Source: Myxococcales bacterium
GTDB lineage: Bacteria > Myxococcota_A > Polyangia > Polyangiales > Polyangiaceae
DNA: 64,000 nt
Direction: 5' to 3'
Assembly: GCA_043747615.1 (NCBI GenBank)
Contig: JAYTOU010000091.1
Coordinates: forward strand, 64,001-128,000
Position 1 is the stretch's first letter; every line of letters begins with the position of its first letter. This document shows positions 52,184-64,000 of this stretch, in pieces. The position numbers and the translations under genes are program-made. Below the pieces are notes generated by a model, which ran no database searches, was not told where the DNA came from, and saw only the letters and a program-made list of their open reading frames with translations.

Positions 52184-52199
52184 GGCAAGAAACAAGCCG
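52184..52199 (-). promoter_or_regulatory. Possible sigma54 -24/-12 promoter of USP-cgs
   Basis: Minus strand CGGCTTGTTTCTTGCC (GG-N10-GC with TTGC), about 16 nt before the USP ATG. Confidence 0.3.
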
Positions 52200-52302
52200 C
52201 CAGGCACAGACTGAGCCCTCTAGATTTCTGCGCTTTCGAGGAGGCGCCTCTACCGAAGCACCGAGGCAATCCTGTCGAGCTGTGGCAGTTTGGAGTACCG
52301 CG

Positions 52303-53610
52303 ATGCAGAAAAAGCTCGAAGAGCTTCAGTCACAGACGTTCGCGTACTTCGCAAACAACATCAACGCGGAGAACGGCCTCATCGCGGACAGGACGGAGCC
52401 GGGTTCGCCCTCGAGCATTGCCGCTGTTGGCTTGGGGCTCAGCGCGTATGTCGTCGCCGTCGAGCGCGGGCTCATGTCGCGAAAGGAAGCGATCGCCCGG
52501 ACTCTCGCGACGCTTCGTTTTTTTCGCGCGAGCCCGCAGGGTCCGGAGCCAGACGCCACGGGGTACAAAGGTTTCTACTACCACTTCTTGAACATGCAGA
52601 CCGGCAGACGCGCCGATGGATCCGAGCTGTCGACCGTCGATAGCGCTTTTCTCGTCGCCGGATTTCTGTGCGCGGGCCTGTACTTCGATGGCGCGAGCGA
52701 ACCGGAGAAAGAGATTCGAGATCTCGCCGACGTTCTCTACCGCCGCGTCGACTGGGCCTGGGCCCTGAACGGAACGACGACGCTTCGCCACGGTTGGAAA
52801 TCGGAGTCCGGCTTTCTCACGTCATCGTGGACTACGGGCTACAGCGAAGCGCTACTCTTGTACGTGCTTGCGCTCGGCTCACCTACGTTTCCGATCCCGG
52901 CGGACGGCTACCGCGCGTGGACCGCGACGTTCGAGCGAAAGACGGCGTACGGCATGACGTACATTTTTGCGGGCCCCCTCTTCATTCACCAGCTCTCCCA
53001 CATCTGGATCGATTTTCGTGGAATCGGAGACGATCGCAACCGTGAAGAGGGGTTCGACTATTTCGAGAACAGCCGCCGCGCGACGCTGGCGCAGCAGCAG
53101 CACGGCATCGAGAACCCGCAAGGCTTCGCGCACTACTCGAAGCATGGATGGGGATTCACCGCGAGCGACGGACCGGGCCCGGCCGTGCACGTGATCGACG
53201 GCGTTCGGCGAGAGTTTTTTGGCTACGAGTCCAGGGGCGCGCCATTCGGGCTCGACGACGGAACGATCTCGCCGTGGGCGGTGGTTGCGTCGTTGCCGTT
53301 CGCGCCAGAAGCCGTCTGCGACACGCTACGTCACGCGATCGAACAGCTCGCTAAGTTGGACAAAGATGGCGACGGATTCGACGCGAGCTTCAATCGGACG
53401 TTCCCGTCGGCGAACGGGGACCCTAACGGGTGGACCTCACCCTGGAAGCTTGGGTTGAACGAGGGGCCGATGGTTTTGATGATCGAGAATCATCTGAGCG
53501 GGCTTATCTGGGGGCTCTTTCGACGCTGTCCGTGGGTCGTGCGTGGGCTGCAGCGCGCGGGGTTTTCGGGTGGGTGGTTGGACCAATCCGCGGTAGCCTT
53601 CGTCGATTAA
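52303..53610 (+). CDS. Glycoamylase-family (GH144-like) endo-beta-1,2-glucanase
   Basis: NGLIADR, SSIAAVGLGL, GYKGFYYHF, ELSTVDSA, GYSEALLLY, GPLFIHQLSH, DYFENSRRAT, WGFTASDGP, DDGTISP. No signal peptide evident. Confidence 0.85.
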   Translation: MQKKLEELQSQTFAYFANNINAENGLIADRTEPGSPSSIAAVGLGLSAYVVAVERGLMSRKEAIARTLATLRFFRASPQGPEPDATGYKGFYYHFLNMQTGRRADGSELSTVDSAFLVAGFLCAGLYFDGASEPEKEIRDLADVLYRRVDWAWALNGTTTLRHGWKSESGFLTSSWTTGYSEALLLYVLALGSPTFPIPADGYRAWTATFERKTAYGMTYIFAGPLFIHQLSHIWIDFRGIGDDRNREEGFDYFENSRRATLAQQQHGIENPQGFAHYSKHGWGFTASDGPGPAVHVIDGVRREFFGYESRGAPFGLDDGTISPWAVVASLPFAPEAVCDTLRHAIEQLAKLDKDGDGFDASFNRTFPSANGDPNGWTSPWKLGLNEGPMVLMIENHLSGLIWGLFRRCPWVVRGLQRAGFSGGWLDQSAVAFVD

Positions 53611-53612
53611 CG

Positions 53613-55871
53613 ATGGCCTCGATTCTCGTTTTCGAACCTAGCGCCATAGAGAGCGAGCACGCGTGCGTAGCGCTTCGACGCTCGGGGCACGAGGCTCGCC
53701 GCGGCGACGGCTCGGAGGATCCGAGCGCCTACGGAGCCGTCCTCGCGGACTTGCAGCTTGCGCTCGACCGAGGATGGCTGCGCGGCAATGGGGCCAATCC
53801 GTTGCCGGTGCCGCTAATCGTCAGCTCCAAGGTCGCCGCGTTCCTCGCGAACGTCGCGTCTTCCGTGGCCGGTACGGTGCTCAAGCCGACGACCGCGGAG
53901 GACCTCGTGCGCGCCGTCGAGCGCGTGCTCGCGTCGGACGTTCGCGAGGGCTTGACGTCGACGGAGCTGCTCGCCGACCCCGAGAGAGATGCGCTCGTCG
54001 AATCCTTCGGCGGACCGAACGTCGAGCTCGCTGCGGTCGCCGATCTCGTTGCCCGTGGGCTCGGAACACCCATGGCTCTCGTAACCCTCATGAGCTCGGT
54101 GTCGCAGCGGTTCGTCGGACAGTCGGGGCTGCCGACCGATCTCGCGCTCGCGCTGGAGACCCCTCGAGCGTGGTCTTTTTGCCAGCATGCGGTGACCGCG
54201 GGGTCCCCGTTGGTGATCGAAGACGCGGCCGGGCACCCTCTTCTCGGGTCGACGCCGCTCGTGAAGATGAACCTCATTCGCGCCTACGCTGGGGTGCCGA
54301 TCGAAGTGGGCGGCGTGGTGGTCGGGACCGTCTGCGCGCTGTCGAACGCGCCTCACCATTTCGATGAAAAAGATCTGGCCACCCTCGAGCTCGCCGCGCG
54401 GCTGGCGGGCATTCACCTCGCCCTTCAAGCTGCCAGCCGGAAGGAAGCGGCGCAGCCTCGACAGGCGAAGCGAGCGGGCGGGCTCCAAATCGGCGACCTT
54501 CTCGACCACAAGTATTGGATCACCGCGCGCCTTGGGTCAGGCGGTCTCTCGGACGTATTGCTCGCGCGCGACAGCGTGGTCGGACAGATGGTCGCCATCA
54601 AGGTCATGCGCACGATCACGGGGGAACAGACGCTGCTGCGCGAAGCGACGGCCCTCGCCCGGGTGCGTCACCCGAACATCGTTCAGGTGCACGGCTGGGG
54701 GCGCACGCACGAGCAGCAGCTTTACCTCGTCCTCGAGTACCTCTCGGGCGAACCTCTCAAAGATCGCCTAGCCGCCGACGCGCAAGGAGCGGCGCCGCTC
54801 CATCCTAGCGCGGCGCTCAAGATTCTTCGCGAGCTCGCAGGCGCTCTGGCCACGCTGCACGCTGCGGGCATCTTCCACGGTGACATCAAGCCGGACAACG
54901 TCATCCTCGACGTGGCTCTCGATCGCGCTGTGCTCATCGATTTCGGGCTCGGGCTCGGCGGCGATTTCCGCGGAGGGACGCCCGGTTTTTCGGCCCCCGA
55001 GCAGTTCGCTACGGACACGCAACTTCACCTCAGCCCGCTTCTCGATGTCTATGGCCTGGCGGCGCTTGCCTATGTCATGTTCGCGGGAAAAGAGCCCTTT
55101 CATCAGGCCCACGGCCTCGCGCGCGTCGCCTACCAGATGCTCGGAGAGCTCGAGCCAGCGTCGCGTGTGCGCCCCGGGCTCCCCGAGGGCCTCGACGCGG
55201 TGCTGGCGCGCGGCATGTCGGTCGACCCGAGCCTACGTCACGATTCCGTCCTAGCGTTTGCGCACGCCATCGAAGAAGTCCTCAGCTCGCGATCGCAAGG
55301 CATTCCAGCTCTTGCGCAGGCGGGAGCTTCGTTGCCGGCGAGCCGCGGCGGAAGCTTTCGTCTCGCACGCGCAGAGGTCACCGAGCGCCTGGGGGCGGCT
55401 GAGGAGGCGAAGATCCTTGCGTCAGTCGCCGACATCGACAGGGCAGTCGTCGAATCGGTGGTGGACGACGAAGCTTGGCATTCGACGGCGGCTCTCGTCG
55501 CCTATCTCGAGGCCTACGCCGGAGGGGACCCTCAGCGGGTGGAAGACTTGGCCACGGCGGTCACGGGCGCGGTATTGCCCGGTCTCCTCCGGACGATCCC
55601 CGTCGCGCGGACTCCTTCGACGATGCTCCACCTATCGTCTCCGCTCCTCTATCGCTTCCACGACTGGGGAAAGATCGTCATCACCCAGACGACTCCGGAA
55701 AATGCCTCGCTCACGCTTCGCATGCCGAACGAGCTCGCGCCCATCATGTGCCGCTACCTTCGCGGCTCCTTGCTCGCGCTCCTTCGCTTCGCCGCGGCCA
55801 AGCCTAAGATCTCCGAGGAGTGGTGTCTGGCCCACGGCGCCGGAGCGTGCGAGCTGAAGATCAGCTGGTAG
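53613..55871 (+). CDS. REC-like-GAF-Ser/Thr kinase with C-terminal V4R-like domain
   Basis: VLADL...LKP, WSFCQHAV...RAYAGVPI (GAF), VAIK, HGDIKPDN, DFG, APE, C-terminal WCLAHGAGACELKISW. Start ATG 53613. Confidence 0.88.
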   Translation: MASILVFEPSAIESEHACVALRRSGHEARRGDGSEDPSAYGAVLADLQLALDRGWLRGNGANPLPVPLIVSSKVAAFLANVASSVAGTVLKPTTAEDLVRAVERVLASDVREGLTSTELLADPERDALVESFGGPNVELAAVADLVARGLGTPMALVTLMSSVSQRFVGQSGLPTDLALALETPRAWSFCQHAVTAGSPLVIEDAAGHPLLGSTPLVKMNLIRAYAGVPIEVGGVVVGTVCALSNAPHHFDEKDLATLELAARLAGIHLALQAASRKEAAQPRQAKRAGGLQIGDLLDHKYWITARLGSGGLSDVLLARDSVVGQMVAIKVMRTITGEQTLLREATALARVRHPNIVQVHGWGRTHEQQLYLVLEYLSGEPLKDRLAADAQGAAPLHPSAALKILRELAGALATLHAAGIFHGDIKPDNVILDVALDRAVLIDFGLGLGGDFRGGTPGFSAPEQFATDTQLHLSPLLDVYGLAALAYVMFAGKEPFHQAHGLARVAYQMLGELEPASRVRPGLPEGLDAVLARGMSVDPSLRHDSVLAFAHAIEEVLSSRSQGIPALAQAGASLPASRGGSFRLARAEVTERLGAAEEAKILASVADIDRAVVESVVDDEAWHSTAALVAYLEAYAGGDPQRVEDLATAVTGAVLPGLLRTIPVARTPSTMLHLSSPLLYRFHDWGKIVITQTTPENASLTLRMPNELAPIMCRYLRGSLLALLRFAAAKPKISEEWCLAHGAGACELKISW

Positions 55872-55983
55872 GCTGCGTAGCGTCGCCGGAGACCATTCGC
55901 ATCGTCATCGTGGCTCGCGCGTCACCATCGTCGCTCCGACGTCGGCGGCGTCGAGCTCGATCGGCGGCATTTCGGGAGGAAAC

Positions 55984-56199
55984 ATGTGAGTCAGGCTCGG
56001 ATCATTTCAGGTCAAGGCGGGGGAGCCCTTCGTGGGCTGTACAGTCTGGCGGACGGCGGCTGACGGAGCGGCGTACGAAACCAGCGGTGCTGCCCGGGCG
56101 GTGGTCGCCCTGCTCCGTGATTTCTTTGCCGGACCGCCAACGCTTTCAGCGTACGAGACACACAGCTGCACGCCCGCGAGCAAAATCAAGGTGTCGTGA
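55984..56199 (+). pseudogene. ABM (antibiotic biosynthesis monooxygenase)-like remnant with nonsense codon 2 and probable internal deletion
   Basis: GGAGG RBS, ATG TGA, then VRLGSFQVKAGEPFVGCTVWRTAADGAAYETSGAARAVVALLRDFFAGPPTLSAYE. Confidence 0.6.
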
Positions 56200-56235
56200 C
56201 CATCGAAGGTCGACGCGGGTCGGCCTGACGTCTTT

Positions 56236-56613
56236 CTACTTGCCGGGGTACTTCGCCTCGAAGTGGCGGATGCTGGCTTCGCCGATACCTTCGATGGTGC
56301 TGGCGGCAATTACAGCTTTGATTCCCAACCCGATGACGGGGACGAAGTTCGCGGCGCTCATGGCGAGCGTCTTTAGACCGACGCTCGCGAGCTCCAGCCC
56401 GGCGCCGGCCATGAAGATGTCGCCGCGAGCGAGCTCCTCTCCGTAGATCCGTCCGATCCAGTAAATCATGTGTGTTTCGAGCGCGGTGAGGCCCGGGCTA
56501 GTGGCAACCGGGATGGGAAGAATGGCCCACGCGGTGCCAAACGCAGCGTACTTGTGAACCAGCTTCCTGGCCCGCACGCGGCAGGGCTCGGCAGGCTTCG
56601 GGTGTTCGCTCAT
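56236..56613 (-). CDS. Small DUF697/YcjF-like protein
   Basis: AILPIPVA..LTALETHMIYWIGRIYG, FVPVIG. Confidence 0.65.
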   Translation of the reverse strand: MSEHPKPAEPCRVRARKLVHKYAAFGTAWAILPIPVATSPGLTALETHMIYWIGRIYGEELARGDIFMAGAGLELASVGLKTLAMSAANFVPVIGLGIKAVIAASTIEGIGEASIRHFEAKYPGK

Positions 56614-56657
56614 CTCCAAAGCTTAAGCATCGACGTCCACAGCGCCACTAGGCGCAC

Positions 56658-58214
56658 TCAGGGCCCTGCGTCGCCACCGAGCTCGTCGAAGATCGTGTCC
56701 TCCACGCCAGCGTCCTCCCCGCTCGTTTTGGCAGCGCCGGCGGAGAGCTCGGTGGTCGCAGCCGGGAGGAGCACGGCGGCGAGGACGAGGTCGTCCTCCG
56801 CACGAAGCTTGTCGAACGCCTCGCGATCTTGGGGCGGCAGGACGCGCATGCCGTCGAGCTTGAGGGAAAGCGGATCGAGGAAGACCTCCCCTCGCTTGAT
56901 GGCGAAGTGGAGATGCGGCCCCGTCACGCGCCCCGTCTGCCCGACGTAGCCGACGAGCTGACGCGACTCGACGTGCTGCCCCACGTGGAGCCCACCGGCG
57001 AAGCGCGAGAGGTGACAGTACGCACTCACGAGGCCGTTCGGGTGAAGCACCTGCACCATGTTGCCACACGGGCCGCCATCGCCGGCGATCTTCACGGTTC
57101 CACCGGCAGTCGCGTAGACCGGCGTGCCCGTCGATGCCGCGAAATCTACGCCGTTATGAGGAATCACGGTGTGAAGAACCGGATGCATCCGGTGCGGGTT
57201 GAAGCGCGACGAGACGCGCGCGAATGGGACGGGCGTACGCCAGCCGCCATGCGTGGGCTGATGGCCCTTAGCGTCGTAGAAGGCGCCGTGGAGAAGGCCG
57301 TTCGTCGCTGCCAGGTGGGTCGCGGGGTGTCCGAAAAAGTACACGCGGACTGGCGGAATTTTGCCGTTCTCTGGGGTGTACTCGACGGCGTCGACCTGCG
57401 CGTAGCGGGCGAAGGCGCCCTCGACGTCGTCTTCGCTGACCACGATCCGCAGCCGCACCCCCGGATGCAGATCGGACAGCTCGGCGTGTCCGTCGAGCGC
57501 GTCATCGAGCATTTTCAGGAGATCGTCGTCCTGGCCGGCGTGCTTCGCGGAGGCGCCTTCGAAGCCGGCGCTCACGATCGACGCGCGGAGATCATCGCCG
57601 ACCGTGAGCCCTAGGGCGACGCGCTTTCTCTCCACAAGAAGGTCCAGCTTCTTCGCCTCGAGCACTCCGAGATCGTTCTCGCGAGCTTGCCACACCTCGC
57701 CGATCGAGGTCGCGAACTCGAACGCGGCGAGGTGACCGGTGCCCTTCTTCTTGACGATGCTGAAGGTGTCTTTTGGATGGGTGCGGTCGAAGGTGCGAAT
57801 GCGCTCGAATGCCGTAAAAAGCCGACTGGCGTCGACGCGACTGACCCCGCTCGCGCTCAGCGCGGCCACGAGCGCGCGATGGCCGACCTGCCCCTCCACG
57901 AGCTCGAAGGCCGAATCGCTCGCGAGCTGCGCCGTCCTCCACACGAACGGTCTCGGCTCCCTCACTGGGCCCGCATCTTCGACGACGAGCGGCGCGGACG
58001 CGTCCTCGAGAGCGGGCTTCGCGGCGCTCACCGTGACGAGCGCTGGGCTGACTCCTCCGAGGCCGGCACGGTGGGACAGCGCCAAATACGGGTTCACGAA
58101 AAGCGTGTAGATTGCAATCATGAGGAGCGCGCCCAGCCCGATCATCACGAGCGGCGAGGTGGGGGAAGGCCGATCGGGCTCCCATTTCACCTTGTCCGGC
58201 GAATCCTGCACCAA
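56658..58214 (-). CDS. M23 family metallopeptidase (MepM-like)
   Basis: N-terminal TM, SSRFNPHRMHPV, HNGVDF, YCHLS, TGPHLHF. Confidence 0.92.
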   Translation of the reverse strand: MVQDSPDKVKWEPDRPSPTSPLVMIGLGALLMIAIYTLFVNPYLALSHRAGLGGVSPALVTVSAAKPALEDASAPLVVEDAGPVREPRPFVWRTAQLASDSAFELVEGQVGHRALVAALSASGVSRVDASRLFTAFERIRTFDRTHPKDTFSIVKKKGTGHLAAFEFATSIGEVWQARENDLGVLEAKKLDLLVERKRVALGLTVGDDLRASIVSAGFEGASAKHAGQDDDLLKMLDDALDGHAELSDLHPGVRLRIVVSEDDVEGAFARYAQVDAVEYTPENGKIPPVRVYFFGHPATHLAATNGLLHGAFYDAKGHQPTHGGWRTPVPFARVSSRFNPHRMHPVLHTVIPHNGVDFAASTGTPVYATAGGTVKIAGDGGPCGNMVQVLHPNGLVSAYCHLSRFAGGLHVGQHVESRQLVGYVGQTGRVTGPHLHFAIKRGEVFLDPLSLKLDGMRVLPPQDREAFDKLRAEDDLVLAAVLLPAATTELSAGAAKTSGEDAGVEDTIFDELGGDAGP

Positions 58215-58310
58215 AGCCGCTTAGCCGCCGAACGGCCGCTTTGCAACCACCGAAGCCCAGGGGAAGAACTACCAAGGGGCGCGAATTTGGCTTAGGTTGC
58301 GAGAAACGTC

Positions 58311-59042
58311 ATGGACGAGCGCCTCAAGCAGCTGCTTCTTCTGGGGAGAGAGCATTACTCGAAGCGCGAGCTCGACAAGGCCGAGCAGATGCTCCGCCAG
58401 GTCCTCGAGCAAGACGATCGCTTCGCCGACGTGCACGACATGCTCGGGGTCATCGCCCACTCGCGCGGCAACTTCATCGTCGCCGAAAAGCATTTCGAGC
58501 GCGCGGTGGAGCTCAACCCCTCGTACACCGAGGCGGCCCTCAACCTGGCGGTGACCTACAACGACCGTGGCAAGTACGAGGCGGCGCGTGAGGTCTACGC
58601 GCGCATCAAGGGCAAGCCCACCGGTGCGATCAACACGCTCGACCCGTTCGCGCGCGGCAAGCTCGCGAACATGCACGCCGATCTCGCGCAAGCCTATGCC
58701 GATTCAGGATTGCCGCGCGAGGCGATCGACGAGATGAAAAAAGCGGTCGGTCTCTGTCCGCAATTTGCCGATTTGCGCACGCGCTTGGGAACACTCCTTC
58801 GCGAAGTGAACGATCTCGCAGCGGCCCGCACGGAGTACGAGGCTGCGGTGGCAGCGCGGGGCGCATACGTGCCGGCGCGCATTCAGCTCGGCGTGACGCT
58901 GCTGTCGCTCGGGCATGCCGATCTCGCCGAGGAGCAGTGGAAGAAAGCACTCGAGATAGACGGTGAGAACACGCACGCCAAGATGTACCTCCGGATGCTC
59001 GGCGCGCAGCGTGCGAAAGGCTCGATTCCTCCTCTCGCGTGA
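58311..59042 (+). CDS. Tetratricopeptide repeat protein
   Basis: Repeated TPR motifs (FADVHDMLG, LNPSYTEAALNLA, FADLRTRLG). Confidence 0.9.
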   Translation: MDERLKQLLLLGREHYSKRELDKAEQMLRQVLEQDDRFADVHDMLGVIAHSRGNFIVAEKHFERAVELNPSYTEAALNLAVTYNDRGKYEAAREVYARIKGKPTGAINTLDPFARGKLANMHADLAQAYADSGLPREAIDEMKKAVGLCPQFADLRTRLGTLLREVNDLAAARTEYEAAVAARGAYVPARIQLGVTLLSLGHADLAEEQWKKALEIDGENTHAKMYLRMLGAQRAKGSIPPLA

Positions 59043-60059
59043 TGGAGCCCCTCAGGGACGTGCTCCGCGCGAGCTGGAAGAGACTGCGTGGTGATGAGCT
59101 CACGCCGAAGCGCGCCGCGCTGAGCGTCGCCGTGGGGCTGGCCATTGGAGTGACGCCGCTCTGGGGATTTCACTTCTGGCTCGTCCTCGCGGTGTGCGTG
59201 CCCCTTCGGCTCGACGCGCCGGTCGCCTACCTGGCCGCGAACATTTCGCTCCCGTTCATCGCACCGTTTCTGTCGTTTGCGGAGATCGAGATCGGCGCCC
59301 GCGTGCTGAGCGGAGCGTGGCTGGAGCTGAGCGCAGAGGCGGTCCGAGCTCACGGCTTCGCCGCATTTTTTCGGGAGATCGTGGTGGGTACGGTGATCTT
59401 CGCGCCGGCGGTGGCGGTGGTCGGCGGGGTCATCACCTACAGCCTCCTCAGCGTGCTCAAGCGGCAGGTCGATCCCATGGACGCGCTCTTTCGCGACGTC
59501 GCCGAGAGGTACGCGCATGGAAGCAACTTCACGCGTGGCTACGTGAAATCGAAGCTGGCTCGCGATCCGGTGGTGCGCGAGGTGACGGCTCTCGGAAAGC
59601 TCCGGAGCCTTGGGAACGTCGTGGACGTGGGGTGCGGCCGCGGGCAGCTCGCGATCGCGCTTCTCCTCGGCACGGCAGCGGAGCGGGTGATCGGCTTCGA
59701 CTGGGACGCCGCCAAGGTCGACGAAGCGAACGCGGCGGCAGACGGCCTCGAGGCGTCGTTCGAGCGCGGCGACGTGTGCAACGTGAAGCTTCCGGCCTGC
59801 GACTCGGTCCTGGTGATCGACGTCCTCCACTACCTGACGAGCGACGAGCAGGACGCGCTGCTCGAGCGCGCCGCCGACGCCGCACGGTCAAGGGTCATCG
59901 TGCGCGAGCTCGATCCGGAGCGCGGCTGGCGGAGCCGGATCACCAAGTTTCAAGAGGGCATCACCACCTCGCTCGGGGTCAATCGAGGCGCGCGGGTGCA
60001 GCCGCGACCGATCTCTGCGATCCGCACGATCCTCGAGAAAAAATTCTACGTCGTGACGA

Positions 60060-60812
<753 letters not shown>

Positions 60813-60825
60813 GTGTGGCTCATTT

Positions 60826-63826
<3,001 letters not shown>

Positions 63827-63907
63827 GCCGCCTTGAAGGTCCCATGAGTTTATCAGGTTCTGGCTGCGTTGCGTGCAACCGCCCTAAATGAGATGGACTT
63901 TTCTCCG

Positions 63908-64000
63908 ATGCGTCGCGGTCCCACCGTTCTTTTCGCGTACTTTGTGCTCGGGGCGCTCGGCGTCGTCGGGTCGGTCGTCGCCGGAAATGATCCCCTGCGA
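63908..64000 (+). CDS. 5' end of a probable membrane protein (truncated by window)
   Basis: MRRGPTVLFAYFVLGALGVVGSVVAG..., open to the window edge. Confidence 0.4.
   Translation, partial: MRRGPTVLFAYFVLGALGVVGSVVAGNDPLR

Noticed and set aside
55987..55989. TGA recoded as Trp (alternative genetic code)
   Set aside because: TGA terminates many bona fide genes here (gatB, frr, PP2C, hemE), so a nonsense mutation is simpler.
40801..56235. Glucan module as a mobile genomic island
   Set aside because: No integrase, tRNA target or flanking direct repeats were found, and I could not establish a compositional shift by eye.

Overview
High-GC (~65% by eye), gene-dense chromosomal window. The Ser/Thr kinases, Cys-rich lipoproteins, DUF4388/MshEN-like domains and pilin-like protein point to a myxobacterium, probably Polyangiaceae-like (inference, not checked by search). 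About 44 CDS are supported. Housekeeping genes: gatB, ftsB-like, asnS, glgA, frr, hemE-hemH-hemY, lipB, guaB. Signalling: two hybrid histidine kinases, two Ser/Thr kinases, a PP2C phosphatase and an HD-GYP regulator. Other loci: two stand-alone B12 acyl-CoA mutase large subunits with different specificity residues, a DUF362 + polyferredoxin pair, a multiheme cytochrome fusion, an MCE protein, and a cyclic beta-1,2-glucan locus (USP-cgs with a divergent GH144-like gene and kinase). I saw no rRNA, tRNA, CRISPR array or transposase. Most notable: (i) an RNA m5U-methyltransferase/pseudouridine-synthase fusion; (ii) a beta-1,2-glucan synthesis/turnover module with no exporter in the window, flanked by stress and signalling genes; (iii) a TetR gene frameshifted in a G9 tract and bracketed by two copies of a palindromic operator; (iv) three small deletion-truncated gene remnants that the ORF track misses or only partly shows. 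All family assignments come from motif recognition by eye.
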